Source: Auanema rhodensis
Lineage: Eukaryota > Animalia > Nematoda
Direction: 5' to 3'
NCBI GenBank assembly: GCA_964057225.1
Contig: OZ059899.1
Coordinates: 11,904,001 to 11,968,000 of the forward strand
Length of the DNA: 64,000 nucleotides
Shown here: piece after piece, positions 28,193 through 43,000 of the stretch
Layout of the letters: the number at the start of each line of letters is the position of its first letter
How positions within the stretch are numbered: position 1 is the stretch's first letter
Translations under genes and position numbers: made by a program
Notes under the pieces: model-generated
Database searches by the model: none
Seen by the model: the letters and a program-made list of their open reading frames with translations, nothing else
What the model was told of the DNA's origin: nothing

Positions 28193-30654
28193 GAAGAGCT
28201 GTACGTATAGCTGGAATATAAAATTATTGTTACATAAAGTGAGACGAGAAGAATCAAAAGATGGATTATGATGAATGAGATAGCGAGTTCATTAGCACGA
28301 TTGAAAAGATGGAACATTGAGTGAAAAAGCCAGATAAAATTTTTTATTGGATTATAAATCTTTCAGATTTATTAATATTCGAAAAGAAGAAAGGAGAAAA
28401 GAAAGACGAGTAAGAAAGCTGAGAGAAAGAAGTCGTAAGAGAAGAGTTGAGTGAAAGAGACTCATGCTTTTAAGTAAGTAATTCTAAATAAGAGACTAAC
28501 GAAATACGTTTTCTTCATAAATACGTGAAATATTGTGATTTCTTCTTCATTGTGAATGTCTATTTCATCTTTTGCTGTCAGTTTTTGAGTGAAAATCTAA
28601 TATCAGAACACGATAACAATGAGTTTTCATCATTAACACTATCGTTGTCAGTCACTCATTAGTATCTTTTCTGTTAATTTCGTATATAACATCTCGAGCG
28701 TTGTATCATCAATGAAGATGTAATAGTAACTTCTACTTCTTGAAATTAATCTTGATTCTACTATCTTCATAAATTTCTATTTTTAATTATTTTTTTTTGT
28801 ATTTTTGAGTGTCTTTTCAGCTGGTTTTATCTTCCTCTAGTGCTCCAATTAATTTGAATTAATTTTATTCTTTTTCTTCCATTTTTTTAAATTTCAATTC
28901 TAGTCAAGTAAATGCCAGAGACAGAAAAATGATAGAAAGAAATGGAAAAAATAGATCGTAGAATAGCGAGAAAACAAAAAAAAAATATTTGACATGGTTA
29001 AGTAAAGAAGAAGAAATAGCTCCCATCATACTGATGAGTTTTTCAATGTTATTAAGGTTTTTGGTAGTTAAAGAGTGAGGGAAAGACGTCGTAAGAGCTA
29101 TAGTGCTTAAAAATTAGTTGAAATATTAGCTAAGCGAATACGTTTCAAGAAAAAGTTTTAAATGCTTTGTTCAGCATATGACCATTCTGAGTAGTTTTTG
29201 AACTTTGTTTCAGTATAAGTGTTGCCCCTTGTGATGGAAGAATAAAAGGAAGTGGCAGTCTGTGAATTGCGAGGAACACAGTTGAAAGATGATAGAACGA
29301 TTATGTTAGTTAAATGACATTTCATCTGCATTTGGTCCGAAACGAGGACCGAGATTTCCAAACGCCCAGAGAGAGCATCACTATGTAAGTGGAGATGACG
29401 AGAATTAGAGAAACAAATCGTGAGAGAGGGTTGTAACGGAGGATGGAAGAGGTAAGAACTTCGGCTAAAGGACATAGAGCAGGAAGCTTCTGAGTCACGG
29501 CCTCATCACGCTCTTCAAGTCTTTCCCCCATTATGGAGACAATACCGCTCCAGTTGAATGCAATCTAAGCTTGGCTTCGACTTATCCCCACAATCATAAA
29601 CTTTCTTTGGCCTCATTGTACATCATATCCGCGTGAAATGCTTAAAATGTCACGGCTAACTTTTATTTTTCCCAAAACTTTCTTCTCAAAGCTGAGCTTT
29701 TGGATTGTCTGATCGTATTTCACTTTCCATCTTTCATCTGCATTATTCATTTCAAATTCGAATGAAATATTCGTCAATGATAGAAGAAATTTATTTATAA
29801 AAAGAAAGTATGATAATGATTTACAAATATTATATTAGAATAATATTTGTTCGATGACATCATATCCCATTTTCCTCCTCACGTGTCTTTAATAGTTTCT
29901 TTTAAATTTTCAATTTAAAATAATGGATATAATCTATGTGTATGAATGTATTCACATTAGATATCTACCTCCAGGGATTCTGAATAAGCTATTTTGTCCT
30001 TATTGGGAACAATTAGAGGTAAATTCAGAGTGATACAAGAGTGGCTGCCGTATATAATAAGTTAGAGAGAGGTGTGTCTTATACACATGCAGCCTTCCCA
30101 CTCACAACTCAAATCTCAATACTTAAATCTGCTTGTTTGTATGAAGCATAGTTTAATATAAACTATGCGTTATGCTATTTGAAAGGATAGGCTACTAATA
30201 ACTTTTTTCTGCCAATTTATATTCTTCCGGTTCAAACCGATAATGGATCAGAGCTCAGAGATTTCAATTTTCAATAGAAATTACATATTTTCTTCAACAA
30301 AAATCATGTTGGCTGTCATATTGCATGCAGCATAGGAAGTCGACAAACTAACAGAAACTCTTTTAAAATCTTTTCTCTCAAAGCTTCGTAATAATTAATT
30401 GGACATTCGTTTAAAAAATAGTTGTTTTGTTATTATCATTCATAACAAACCTATGCTTTAAGGTTCAATTAAGTTAAACAATTATGTTTTCGTGTTTGTA
30501 GTACGCGTTCATATGTGAGATGTGATTTCTTAACCTCATATCCGGTATAGCTATTCATAGTTATATATAATAGAAGAAACGTTCCAATACATAAACTTGA
30601 AAACACTATTCTGAGTACTAGTGCAATGCTCTTAGTTTTCTTTTAATCTTTTCT

Positions 30655-30711
30655 ATCTCTCTCTCTCCCTCTCTCTCTTTCTCTCTCTCCCTCTCCCTCT
30701 CTCTCTCTCTC
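30655..30711. repeat. Imperfect (CT)n microsatellite
   Basis: Seen directly; a shorter tract lies at ~31256-31281. Confidence 0.9.
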
Positions 30712-31250
30712 TTACACATTTGCTCTCCACTTCCATTCTTTTATTCTCTCCTTTTTCTGTTCTTTCTGTGTTGTTCTCCGCTTTGTCTATTCTTAACCTT
30801 GTTGTGTCTGTTTTTTCATTTCTATTAATATTTCAAAACAAAACTCCCCCCTTTTTAGTTTTTTAGTTTGATTACAAAGAGTTTCGAGAAAAACTCTTGA
30901 AAATCCGTGCCGGCATAAATTTTGTCATTTCTGGGCAAAAAATCAACAAAAAAGGCAAAAAACTCTTTAATATTAAGTTTGTCTCTTATCTTTTATCTTC
31001 AATTATTATATTTATTTCAATAAATGATTCCTATTTTTAGAGATTTAATATCGGAACCAATTTTCATTTTTTAAAGGAAAAGCAAAATTAAAATATAAGT
31101 TTTTCATTTTTATCAAAGTTTTTGTTTGATCGTTTTTTCATCTTTCAATTTTATATTGTTAATATCTTCATTTTTTTTTGGAAATATTAGTTTTCCCTTC
31201 TAAGCCTATTTCTTTCATATTACTTCCTCATTTACCCATTGTCGTGTTCT

Positions 31251-31281
<31 letters not shown>

Positions 31282-31622
31282 CTTATTAGATGCTTTATCA
31301 ATTTGGTTTTTCATCATCAGAAGCAAATTTTTAATAAGTTTTATTTACTTAATAGCTGATTTAAACTTTTTCTGGAGAGATAATGAAACATAAGTTGAGA
31401 CTAAAGGAGCAAGTAATGGAATATTAAACAAATACTGAGAAGCTCATTCACCAAACTCATTTCTATTCCAGGATCAAATACCTTTCATTTCCTTCTTTTC
31501 TTTTTGTTACTATTTTTTATTTTTTTTCTCAAATTCTATTTCTACTCATTCATATTCAATTCATTTTTTCCAGGAAGATAAGCAATGCGATTAGACTGGC
31601 TATATCAGATCAGAAGCAGAGA

Positions 31623-34600
31623 ATGAACGACCCAGACGATTTGGTATGAGTTGAAATCTCAGATTATTTTTAAAAAAATTCTTATAAAACATTTTTTCTA
31701 AAATTGATGCCAAGAAGGAAAAAAAATCTTTTTTTCAGTCCTCATTATTGTAGTAGAGAGATATAACTAGGGATGCATATATTTTGTTTTTTTTTCTTCC
31801 TTGAATCTGATCACTCTCTCTCTTTTAGCCAATTTCAGAAAATTTCGCTAAATCCGGAAGTTATGTAGAAGAGGATATTGCGTGCCTTATCTAGTCTCTG
31901 AAACTTCCATTGTTTAATGCTTCATCTTATTCGTTGTAGGACCTTTTGTGTGATTGTAGGACCTTTTGTGCGTAGAAAAGTAATAGTTGAAGATGATCAT
32001 AAGAGCAACCAACATTTCTCTTTTGAAAGTCTTAATCAATTTCGTGTTCCTCTCCCTTTTTCTCCATTTTACTATTCATTTTATTGAGATTTGTACTTCA
32101 ATCAAATCTCTGAAGCATCAATGTTGTTCTATCAATCGTCACAGCAACAACATACTCATTTCGCATAGACTACAATACATCCACATAGATGAATGTATAT
32201 GTACATCTATACATACTTTTCTTCATTTTCTATGGATTTTTCCTTATTTTTTTATGTTCGAACAGAAAAGATTTTTTTTTTACAGCCAGATGGGATAAAA
32301 TCAAATTTTCTCTCAATGAACTTTGAATCGGGACAAAAAATGCTTGAAAGAAGCTCTAAACATCTGCTTAATCCTTTATATCTTCCATTGAGCAGACATG
32401 AAAACATGAAACTTTTGAATAAATTTAGAACCATAGTATCCACGTGAGATATACATACGTGTGTGAACATACACGTATCATTTTGCATTTTAGTTGTGTG
32501 TGACGCAGATAATCGGTTGGTTTTTCATAAGTTATTTCATCTGAATAGATATCTATATGCATATTTGATGAAATTAGAAATATAATTAAATTCTTGTAAA
32601 AACAATATTTTTGATTTAATTTTACGAAAAATTTGAATTTTGGCTCTTATCCGTCTTCGACTTTTTTTTCAAATTTGAAAAGCTGCTAGTAATGGATTAT
32701 GAGAAGCCATCAAACTCAGGTTTTTTTTATTCAAAAAATTCCATTTAGGGTAATAATGTGGAAGAGACGAAACGAAGTTAGCTTGAAAACCCATAGTTTA
32801 GTAGCTTTTTAGTGTTTTTTAAATAGAAAATGTGGAAAATATATTTTCAATCACATAGTAAAGAATTGAAATATATTTTTTGGTTGAAAGAATCTAGTAG
32901 TATGATCATGAATATGTGCTTTATCTCATGCTTTTCTTCTTTTTCGTTGCTTCTTATGAAAACAAAAAAAAAAGAAATTAATTTTCTTATAATTCATTGT
33001 AGAATACGATGAAACGAAACTGATGATCATCGTCATCTATTTCACATCTGAATCTTCTTTTATTTGTTTCTCAGAGTTTCTTCTATGAAACTGGATATTA
33101 GAGTCTGAGTTTTCCTCCTTTATTTGGCATCTATAGGCTACTTCTCGTATCGTTATTCTTTCTATTGCATCATTGTATTGTATATTCAACCTTTCGAACA
33201 TATCTAACTTTCTAACTAATTATATTTCATTTTACTAAGAAAGAAGAAGAAAAAAGAAGAAGAATATTATATAGTTAGTTATAATATTTATAAAACTTAT
33301 TAATTATTACAAAATGACATTCCCATAAACTTTTATAACAATCATCTAACCATTGTTCTCTATTCTGAAAGATAAATTAGCTGGCCATTTAAAGTAAAAT
33401 AGTCGTTTAACTACTTTAAAGAGAAAGATTCTTCTTTTCAATAACTTCTTTTCTTTCAAAAAAAAATGAAGAAAAAGAATGAAAAATTCCTTTTAAGCTG
33501 TACAAACTATGATTTACATGATGTAAATAATCTTAGTTGTCAACTATTTTGCCTTAGTAGAACTCTGTGTCTATATGTTTGTATTTCAGGTAGCAACATT
33601 CAATTCAAGATTGTATGAAACTAATAACAATATTATTATAAAATCTACTAGGAAATACAATATATTTGGAAGATCGTATCATAATTTCAAGTTCATTATG
33701 TTTATAAATGTTTTATTGCTTGTTCATAATGCTGTATTAGCTTCTGAAGAATATGGGTAAATTTCTTTTTTTTTGTTGTTAAGTTATTATATAATTTTAT
33801 TCTTTTTATTATAGATATGAAAAGTTATTGGATGAACAAAGAATTATTCGAAATTTATTGGAACGATCTGATTATGATTGGCGAGTTCGTCCACGTGGCA
33901 CGTTGGACCAAAATCTTCAGGAGCTTGAACAACCAGTGAAGATTGTTGCGAACATGTACCTCAGGTTTGTTTTAAACAACTTTCAAAGCATTTAAAGAAA
34001 AAAAGAAAATTTGAGAATAAGAGAATTCAAATGAATAAGCATAAGTACATGATCAAGTTCAAAGATTAAAACCTTTATTTCAGAAGTATATCGAAAGTAG
34101 ATGATGTAAATATGGAATATTCTTTACATTTCACATTTCGTGAAGAATGGGTTGATGAACGTTTATATTTTAATAGTCCAACGTTAAAACATATTGTTTT
34201 ATCACCAGGACAGAAAATTTGGGTAAAATTTTCTTTTTTTTTTTAATTAAAATTCAATGTCTACAGGTTCCTGATACATTTTTTCAAAATGAAAAAGATG
34301 GAAAGAAGCATGATATTGATACTCCAAATATCTTAATTCGTGTTTATAATGGAACAGCTCGTATTCTATATTCTTGTCGTTTAACTTTAACATTAAGTTG
34401 TCCAATGAGGTTTGATTTTTTTTCTTCTATTTCTTAGCTTAAATGTGTTTGTTGCTTGGGGGGATGGGTGTAGTTAAAGGGGGGGGGCAGGGTTCAGCAA
34501 TATAGAAAATCTAAGAGAAGTGGGGAAGAGTGAGTGTTTAGTAGTGTATTACAGTAATTTTTATTTTGTTTTTGAATTAGAAAATATTTTTATTGTTTGT

Positions 34601-35784
34601 ATTTTAGATTGGCTGATTATCCGTTGGATGTACAAACGTGTGTTGTAGATTTTGCTTCATATGCTTATACAACTCAAGATATAGGTATAGTTATCTCTGT
34701 TTTTGAGTTTTAACTGAAAGTAATTTCTAGAATATGGATGGAAAAGTGAAAATCCTATTCAAATTAAAGATGGTTTAAGACAATCTTTACCATCTTTTCT
34801 TCTTAATAGTGTTCGAACTGGAAATTGTACTTCAGTTACAAATACTGGAGCATATTCATGTTTAAGAACAATTCTCGAATTAAAAAGAGAATTTAGTTAT
34901 TATCTTCTTCAATTATATATTCCATCTTTCATGTTGGTAGCTGTATCATGGGTTAGCTTTTGGTATGTTTTTCCCTTTCATTTTTCAAAATTTGAAGAAA
35001 AAGTTTGAATTTAAGGCTTGACAAGGACAGCGTTCCGGCTCGTGTTACACTTGGAGTTACAACACTTCTAACAATGACAACTCAAGCTTCTGGAGTTAAT
35101 GCAAACCTACCACCAGTTAGCTATACTAAAGCCATAGATATATGGATAGGAGTCTGTTTAGGTGAATCTTTTTTCTAATAATTCATTGAAAACATAAAGC
35201 CATTCATCATTTATGACTCCACCTTCACAGATGAAATTTGGGGCTAGAAAAAGAATTTTTTCTTGCCTTACAGTAAAGAAAGTCTTTTTAGCTTTCATCT
35301 TTGGTGCTTTATTGGAATTTGCTCTAGTTAATTGGGCTGCCCGACAAGATATTGTTCGACAAGGATATCGTAATCGTCGACAACCAAATAATATATTTTT
35401 CAGGTTATTATTAACTATATTAACTATATTAATTATATTATTTTAGACCAACAAATCAGGATCCATTCTATTCTGCTGTACCACCAGAAGTATTGAAAAT
35501 TAAAATTTAAAGTTTATTTTTCTTTAATTATTTACAGATCTTAGCTTCAGAGCAACAACATGGAGCTCGTTCATGCTGGGAACGTATCTGGCTATCTCGA
35601 ACTATGGAACATTCACGTCGAATTGATCTCATATCTCGGATAATGTTTCCTGTTTTCTTTGTAATATTCAATATTACCGTACGTTTGTTGATAGATATTT
35701 CTTTCTAAAAATTCTTAAACATTTCAGTATTGGTGGAGGTACCTGTTACCGTATTTAGCTGTTCAAGCTCAGACGTCATTGTGA
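31623..35784 (+). CDS. glc-5: Glutamate-gated chloride channel alpha subunit, GLC-5 (HcGluCla) type; signal-peptide Met at 33698, optional upstream exon starting 31623
   Basis: [48 protein letters not shown], Cys loop [17 protein letters not shown]2 [19 protein letters not shown]3 DIWIGVC. These match my recollection of Haemonchus GLC-5 much better than AVR-14 or GLC-2. Confidence 0.88.
31934..31970 (+). repeat. Tandem duplication of 17-nt TTGTAGGACCTTTTGTG, period 20
   Basis: Two exact copies at 31934 and 31954. Confidence 0.9.
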
Positions 35785-36683
35785 AATATATAGAAACGGG
35801 TGATGGCTTCTGTTGGATGTCCAAATTTCAAGAAATACCATATAATATTCTTTTTTTTTGTTTTTACTTTAATCTATTCAAGTTTAGAAGATTTTTTAAA
35901 GTTTTTTCTAAGTTCAACTATATCATATCAGCATTTTCTGTTACAAGAAGCTTAGATATTTTCCTTTAATACTATATGCTTATCATTTGATCAAAGATTA
36001 TAACAGCTTGTTATCAGTTAATATGAGTGAGCTATGATGATGAGATGTCTTTTTTCATAAAAAAAGAATTATCTAATATATATGTTTTACATATAAATAT
36101 CATATCTTAACGATATTTATCATTTTTTTTTATTTTTAAATAAATAATTTACATCCAAATGTATTACTGTAAATCAAATTGCAGAATAAGTTTTACATTA
36201 TAAACTTAAATTGAAAATATGAAATAGATGTTATAAAACTTCAATAAAAATTCTTTAAGATATGATTATATAATTATCTCTGATTAGCGTTATGATAGGA
36301 ATATTCTCTGAAATTTCAGAGATTATCTAATAGAAGGGCGTTGTCTGACATGACATGCACATATGCTGCTTTGAATTTCAAAATAAGAGAAAAGCGAAAA
36401 AAATCAGCCGATAACACTGGAAAGTGAATATGTCCGAGAGCTTTTTATTATCTTATTAACTTCTTTTCGACAATTTCAAACCTATTATGACTGCAAAAGC
36501 ACGCTATTTGCTTAAATGGGTGTGGCGTTCAAGATGAATTACACAGAAAGTTCTTCGGATGCTCCTCATGATAAGAGCTTTCAGACATAAATACTCTTCG
36601 TCTCTACCAGGCTGCATTGTAGCATCATATGAACTGTATGTCATACAGAAGAACAAAAGAGAATTGAAAATCTTAATGTAGAC

Positions 36684-36756
<73 letters not shown>
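36684..36756. repeat. (GA)n microsatellite
   Basis: Seen directly. Confidence 0.95.
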
Positions 36757-37079
36757 AACAGAGGTAGATGAAACACTTATCAACTGACAACAAGATGTAT
36801 ATTGATTTTTCCATGTAGCTTAATGTTATCATGTCATTTTAATTTCAACTCTGACCTCATTAATACATTGTAAGCTATTGATTCAAGATTTTTTAACTAT
36901 GCTATTTATAATTAATTAAATTTCAATAATGTTTCAAATATTTTTTTTTTAATTTCAATTATTAGTCACCTCTTAAGTTGATATGAGATATCATTTTTCA
37001 TTTACATTTTTACTCATTTTCATCCTCTTTTTTTCGTTTTTCTTGTCTTAACAAAGTTTTTATTCTATTATTTTAAAGA

Positions 37080-40000
37080 ATGGAAGCTTCAATAGCTATT
37101 ATTCAACATTCTGCAACATATCGTAATAATCATTTCCCAACGTCACCCCAAGATTATGACATCATTGTATTAGATGAACCGTCACGTCCAAGTACAAGTT
37201 ATCAAAAAAATATAACAGAGTCAAATGTATATATTATATTTTAATTTATTAATTTATTAATTAATTTTAAAGCATTATATAACAAAAAGAAGAACTGTTG
37301 GTAGTATTATGAAATTACCCTATGTTATAACTTCCGATAATGATACTAGTTTATCTGAATCTGTACTTCAAGCTGTTTATTCAAAAACTAGGTTAGAATA
37401 TTCCTTTCCTTGATTTTAATAATGTTTTCTACTCAAGATTACAAATGAATCGAGCTGTTCCTGTTCCATTATTTGATGATCGTTCTAAACAAAATATTGT
37501 TAAGCGTTCTTCCATCAATTTAAAAGTTGGTACTATTCTTATGTGTGTACCTGTTCCTTCAAAAGGTTTTCTGTTTTTAAAACTGTTTCTTATCAATATT
37601 TATAGAACGTTTCAACTATCCTTATGGCCGTCCTGAAAATTTAGCTCGTTTAGTTCATTATTCTTTGAATTTCCCTGAACTTTTGGATGTTCAAACACGT
37701 CACATGATCATTCGTTTTGAGGAGTAAGTTTTCAATCTAAATCGATTTCTAGATTCAATCATGAATATTAGAAATTCCAAGATTTGACATGTGTAATCAA
37801 TAAACTGTTTAGATGGTTAGGACATGCACAACTATCGAGTAATCTCTTCCTTCCCTCATTATTCTCCGTTCCTCCAGCCAGACTTCGTATCTTATGTTGT
37901 GTTCATAATCCAGCATTTGTTTGTGAAAATTATAATGGATGTATCAATGATAAACGAAGGTATATCATATATCATTTTTCTTCAAAAAAGCTTTTAAAAT
38001 ATTTTTTTTCTCAGGGGAAAAATGGAAAACTCTCGTAACATTAGTGTATCATTTGATTTAGATGATAAAGTTCGTATCGGAAATTTAGCGAGAGTTAAGT
38101 TAATATCATATAATAAATATAATACATTAATTATGAATCCATTATTTGGTCTTCAAATATCAAATGTTGAAAAAGTAAGTTAATCAATAAATCTATATGA
38201 ATAGTTTATATTTTATGTTTTTATTATTATAGAATATTCCAAATTATTTTGTTTTGGGATCAGATAATCACAAAGATGAAGCAAATACTGCAAATTCGTT
38301 AGTAAAATCTGATGAAAAAACTGATTTTGCCCTTCGTTATCCATTACATTATGCTGCACTGAAGGATGATATTGATTCGATTAAGTATTTCATATATTTC
38401 TTTTAATTTTTATTTAAAAAATTATTTTTGAAGGCATTTAATTCAACGTGGACATGATGTTAATGAACGTGATCGTGATTTATGGACTCCATTACATTAT
38501 GCTTGTTTCTATCGCCAAATAAGAGCTACAGATGCTCTGCTTACTGGAGCCCGAGCTGATGTAAGTATATCAATCTTTCTAGTTTATCTGAATATTATCT
38601 TATGCAACCGTTCTAACACTGAACTATTTTCTGAAAATCAAGCCAACTATTTTGGAAAAAGTTCACGTGAAACTTGATTTTTTTATGCTAATTAGTCATT
38701 ATATTGATTAAAGGTTAATGTGCGGAATAAAGGAGGTTCAACAGCACTTCATATGGCTGCCATAAACGGAAATGAATATCTTATCGAACTATTACTGAGT
38801 CATCCGAAGCTCGATGTTGTAGGTTTTTCTTTTTAAAAATATTTATTAATCTTAGTTATTATAATATACATATTATCATCACAGTATAAAATACGATAAA
38901 AGGCAAGATAAATTATAATTAATTATTTTTATAGCCTAGGGGCTATCTTTTTTTTTTTGTTCGCAAGAGCTTAGAAGACAAATTAAAATGATAACGGGCT
39001 TACTGAGAATGAACTCATAGATGAACATGAAAAAGTGTGAAAAGTTGTTTATTTTAGAACATTATGAATAATGAAGGACGTACGGCATATGACTTGTGTG
39101 CTGCCGATCCAAAGCCAGCTTATCAGACTTGTGCTTTTCTACTTCGAGAAGTAGCTGTACCAAAAAAAATTCAGGTTCGTAAATCTTCTTATTAAATTAA
39201 TTTAGATTGATGCTTTTCTTTAAATTAATCTTTTGACTTCTTTGCGTCACAGGTTGATTTAATCAATGGCGGTACTTTGATGGTACTACTGTCACATGGC
39301 CGAGAAACAACTGCTGGGAGTATTCTTAAACAAATTGCCATCGAGTTCGAAATCGATGCATCGGCTTTATCAGTCTTTGGATTATGGATATATTCAGATA
39401 ATCTTAGTCAGTTTCTAATAATTTATAAGAAAAGCACAGTTGAAACTTAAGGTGTTCAATTACGGCCAGATATGAAAGTTTGGCCAAAAATAAAGAATTG
39501 GCCACAGTCAGTTGTTGAATACTCAGATGGTGTTCTAAAAGAAAATGAGCAAGGAAAACTAATATTTCGAAGAAATGCACATGCTAGTCAGGATAATGAA
39601 CATGAGGTAAGTGATTGAGCTTTCAAAAAAAAGTTGAAAAAATCTTGTTCCCTTTATAAAAACTTAATTAACTCTAACTTGACTAGACTAGATAATTTTA
39701 AAACAAAGCAAAAAACATTGACCGGACATATGTTAACCCACTATGAGCAAAATGAAAATAATAATAAAATGAAAGCTCACAAATAATCTTTCGTTCTTTT
39801 TTCTTTTTCTTTTAATTTTTAAAATATAATGTTTCGAAGAAAAAAGGCAATTGAAAGCGATGTGATTAGAAAATTATAGCTTTTCGATGTATGATTGATA
39901 CAATCTCCATTTGGACATGCTTCACTGCAAACCTGTAAATAATATAAACTCAGTTTCTTTTTCGTTTGGGGACCAATTAACCTCCACAAATACAACAGCG

Positions 40001-43000
40001 CTTTCTCTTGGCTTCGATATATCACTACCAAAATCTGTATCCCGATTGATAAGATGACGACGAACCTATAGAATTTTAATAATTTTAAAGAATTTTCTAT
40101 GAAAGTACAACCTTTCGCTGAATAATTTTCGAATTATAAATGGTACATCCAGTAGCATCTTCTGGTCCACCACATTTTCTCTCCGTAACTGTTCGAACTG
40201 AAAATTAAAAAATAATTTTGTTTACATATGATTAGTTATATGATGACATGGTATCCTACAATTAAATATAATTATGTTTCTCTTCATATTCTATTGTATA
40301 AATAGAATATGCTTGTCACATCTTCTTTTCCTTATTGTCTAATTTCTTATAAGATTTATAAGTATTAATTAGTATATATGTAAAGGCTATTATATGTGTC
40401 GGGACGTTAAATATCCCCCTCTGTGACGACCCGACATCTTTCTTTAACATATACAACAGTAGCATACACATGTATGAACACTAACTAACTATTTCCCTAT
40501 TAGTTGAGGTCATTGACAGCATTGTTGGCATTAAGCCAGAATATTTTCAAAATATATCAAAATATTTGTTCTCATGAGACATATCATATAATCATTTGTG
40601 CAAGACAATGATGGATTTTAATTATATCATATAGTTAATCTCTAGAGATCATGTACATATCGTTGATACATATCTATCTATGTATATATTTCTTTTTCTA
40701 AACCTTTGTATTTCTCAGCTAAAGCGTTTGATAACTAAAAAGAAAAGTTTTACCTGATGCTCCACCATTACGATACCAACTAACAATACAATGAGTATGG
40801 CTTGAATTCTGGCATTTAGTTGGAACTATAGCTCCTTGTTGGCAAGCTTCAACATGTTTCTCGTGTTCTTCCTCGGAATACCAACCACTATGTTTATCAC
40901 ATTGAATACAATGTAATGAATTTGCTAAAACAGTAATCATCATCATTCAAACAAAAAGTTTTTTTTGAATATTTAGTAGCATACGTACGCAGTTGTGTGA
41001 TTAGGCTTTGTTATTGAAATTCTACGCAGGTGGCCTGCACTAAGATTTTTGGAAGAAAAAGTTAAAAGAATATAGGACATATGTTCATTTGCGCTAAATT
41101 CTTTGTTTTTTTTATTTCAAAATTATAAAAACATAATTACTAATCGACATTCTTACCGTAATGTATAATACAGACGATTAGAAAAAGGAATAATTTCATT
41201 CTTACTAAGAAGATTAGAAAAGACGAAAAGTTGAATTGAATTCCAAATGAGAGTTTGATCTGAAATGAAAATGTTTTTTTTTGTGGAAAAACTTGAATAA
41301 GATGTAAAATAAATCATCAAGAATATAATATAATTACGAAATAATATTTAATAACTATTTAAGATGAATCAATTTTGCCAATCATTGCTATATCATGAGG
41401 CTGAACAACACTTCTTGTCTGGAGGACTTCCCGCTCTTCCTGAGAAGACTATTCTCAAGCTGTCAGCTATATTAGCTCGAATACTATATGGAGATATGAC
41501 GAAAACAATGTAAGATTTTTTCAAATTTTATACAAAAAATATGCGAAAAAGCTGAAAACCGACTGTAGCGAATAGAGAAATATAGAGAATAGCTGGTGAA
41601 TATTGAGATTAGTGGGATGTAATATGATCAGAGCTCAAGAGAAATGTTCACGAATGGCCTTTTTGAGGTGAGAGGTAAATCAATGCAGATGGTAGGATTA
41701 TGATGAAAAAAGAGTAAAAGAATTGGAATAAAAGAAGATAAATGAAGTGGACATAGAAATTGTTTGAAAAATGAATATTAAAAGTGAATATATGTACATA
41801 GATAGAAGGGGAGGGATGAATGGACAATATAATGAGTGTAGGAGGAGAGGAAGGAGGTTAAAATGAAGAAAAGAGGCGGGCAGATTAGAAAAAAATAGAA
41901 TTTTTGTCATCTTCACTCAGACAAAACATGAACGAATGATTAAAGAAGGAAGAGAAATAAAAATAAAACGAAACAGCTTCTGGTAAAAGGTAGTTGATTG
42001 GCTAGTTGAACACTGGGTCAACGGGGCAAAAATTAGCTTAAAAATGAAAATTAGACGAAGCTTGTCCACTTAACTACATGTACTGCTTAAATGAAAAAAA
42101 AGCTTAAACATTTGTACTCATCGTTTAAGTTAAAAAGCTTTTCTTTTTGTTTTTTCGACAAAAAAAAAAGAAAAATAAAGGAAAAAACTCAATTGTGGTG
42201 GTCTGCATAGCAGTAGTTATTAGCATGGGCTAGCAGAGCAAGCATCATCATCATCATAGCCTCATCATCATCAACATGCTGTAGCTTTAGCTTTCATGTT
42301 GGAGCTCTCATTGCAATTTTGCTTTTGATTTTACTGATACTATTGAATGAGAATGTCGAAACATGTAGTATCGTGTGTTAGCGCATAAGTTAATTAAAAC
42401 GTGAATATATTTACTTGAAAGGATCTGATGGTCAATCCGTCTTTTGAATTATTCTATTGGCTACTCATCCAAATATCTCTTCATCCATCTCTCTAGTCCT
42501 CTCTCTCTTTCTCTCCCTCTCTCTTTTAACTCTCGTATAGAATTATCTATAAAAATGAGTCGAATCATATAGTAAAAGTAAAATTGAAATATCATAGATA
42601 TATATTTGTATATAAAAAAATAAAAAAGACCAAAAGTGACTGCAATCCTATGATGCTTCACATGCATGCAACCGCTCACTTCGACTAAAATATCCCAAAT
42701 GAAATAGCAAAGGATGTTACACGTGAAATAACGTGAGTTATTGCTATTATATGATAATTTGGATTAAACTTTAATGACGCAAATCAAAATATTTCTAAAT
42801 GTATGCTCAGCTGTCAATTCGAATTATAATATACAGGTCATGAAGCATAATTAAGAAATTATTGTATTAAACATATAAAAAAACGAATGAAAGTAGATTT
42901 TTTATGCTAAGTTTACACAAAATACTGAAAGGATTACGAGATGCTCAAAATAAGGTTTTCGGATGTTTCTATACCAACTCTTGCAACCCCATGAGCTCTT

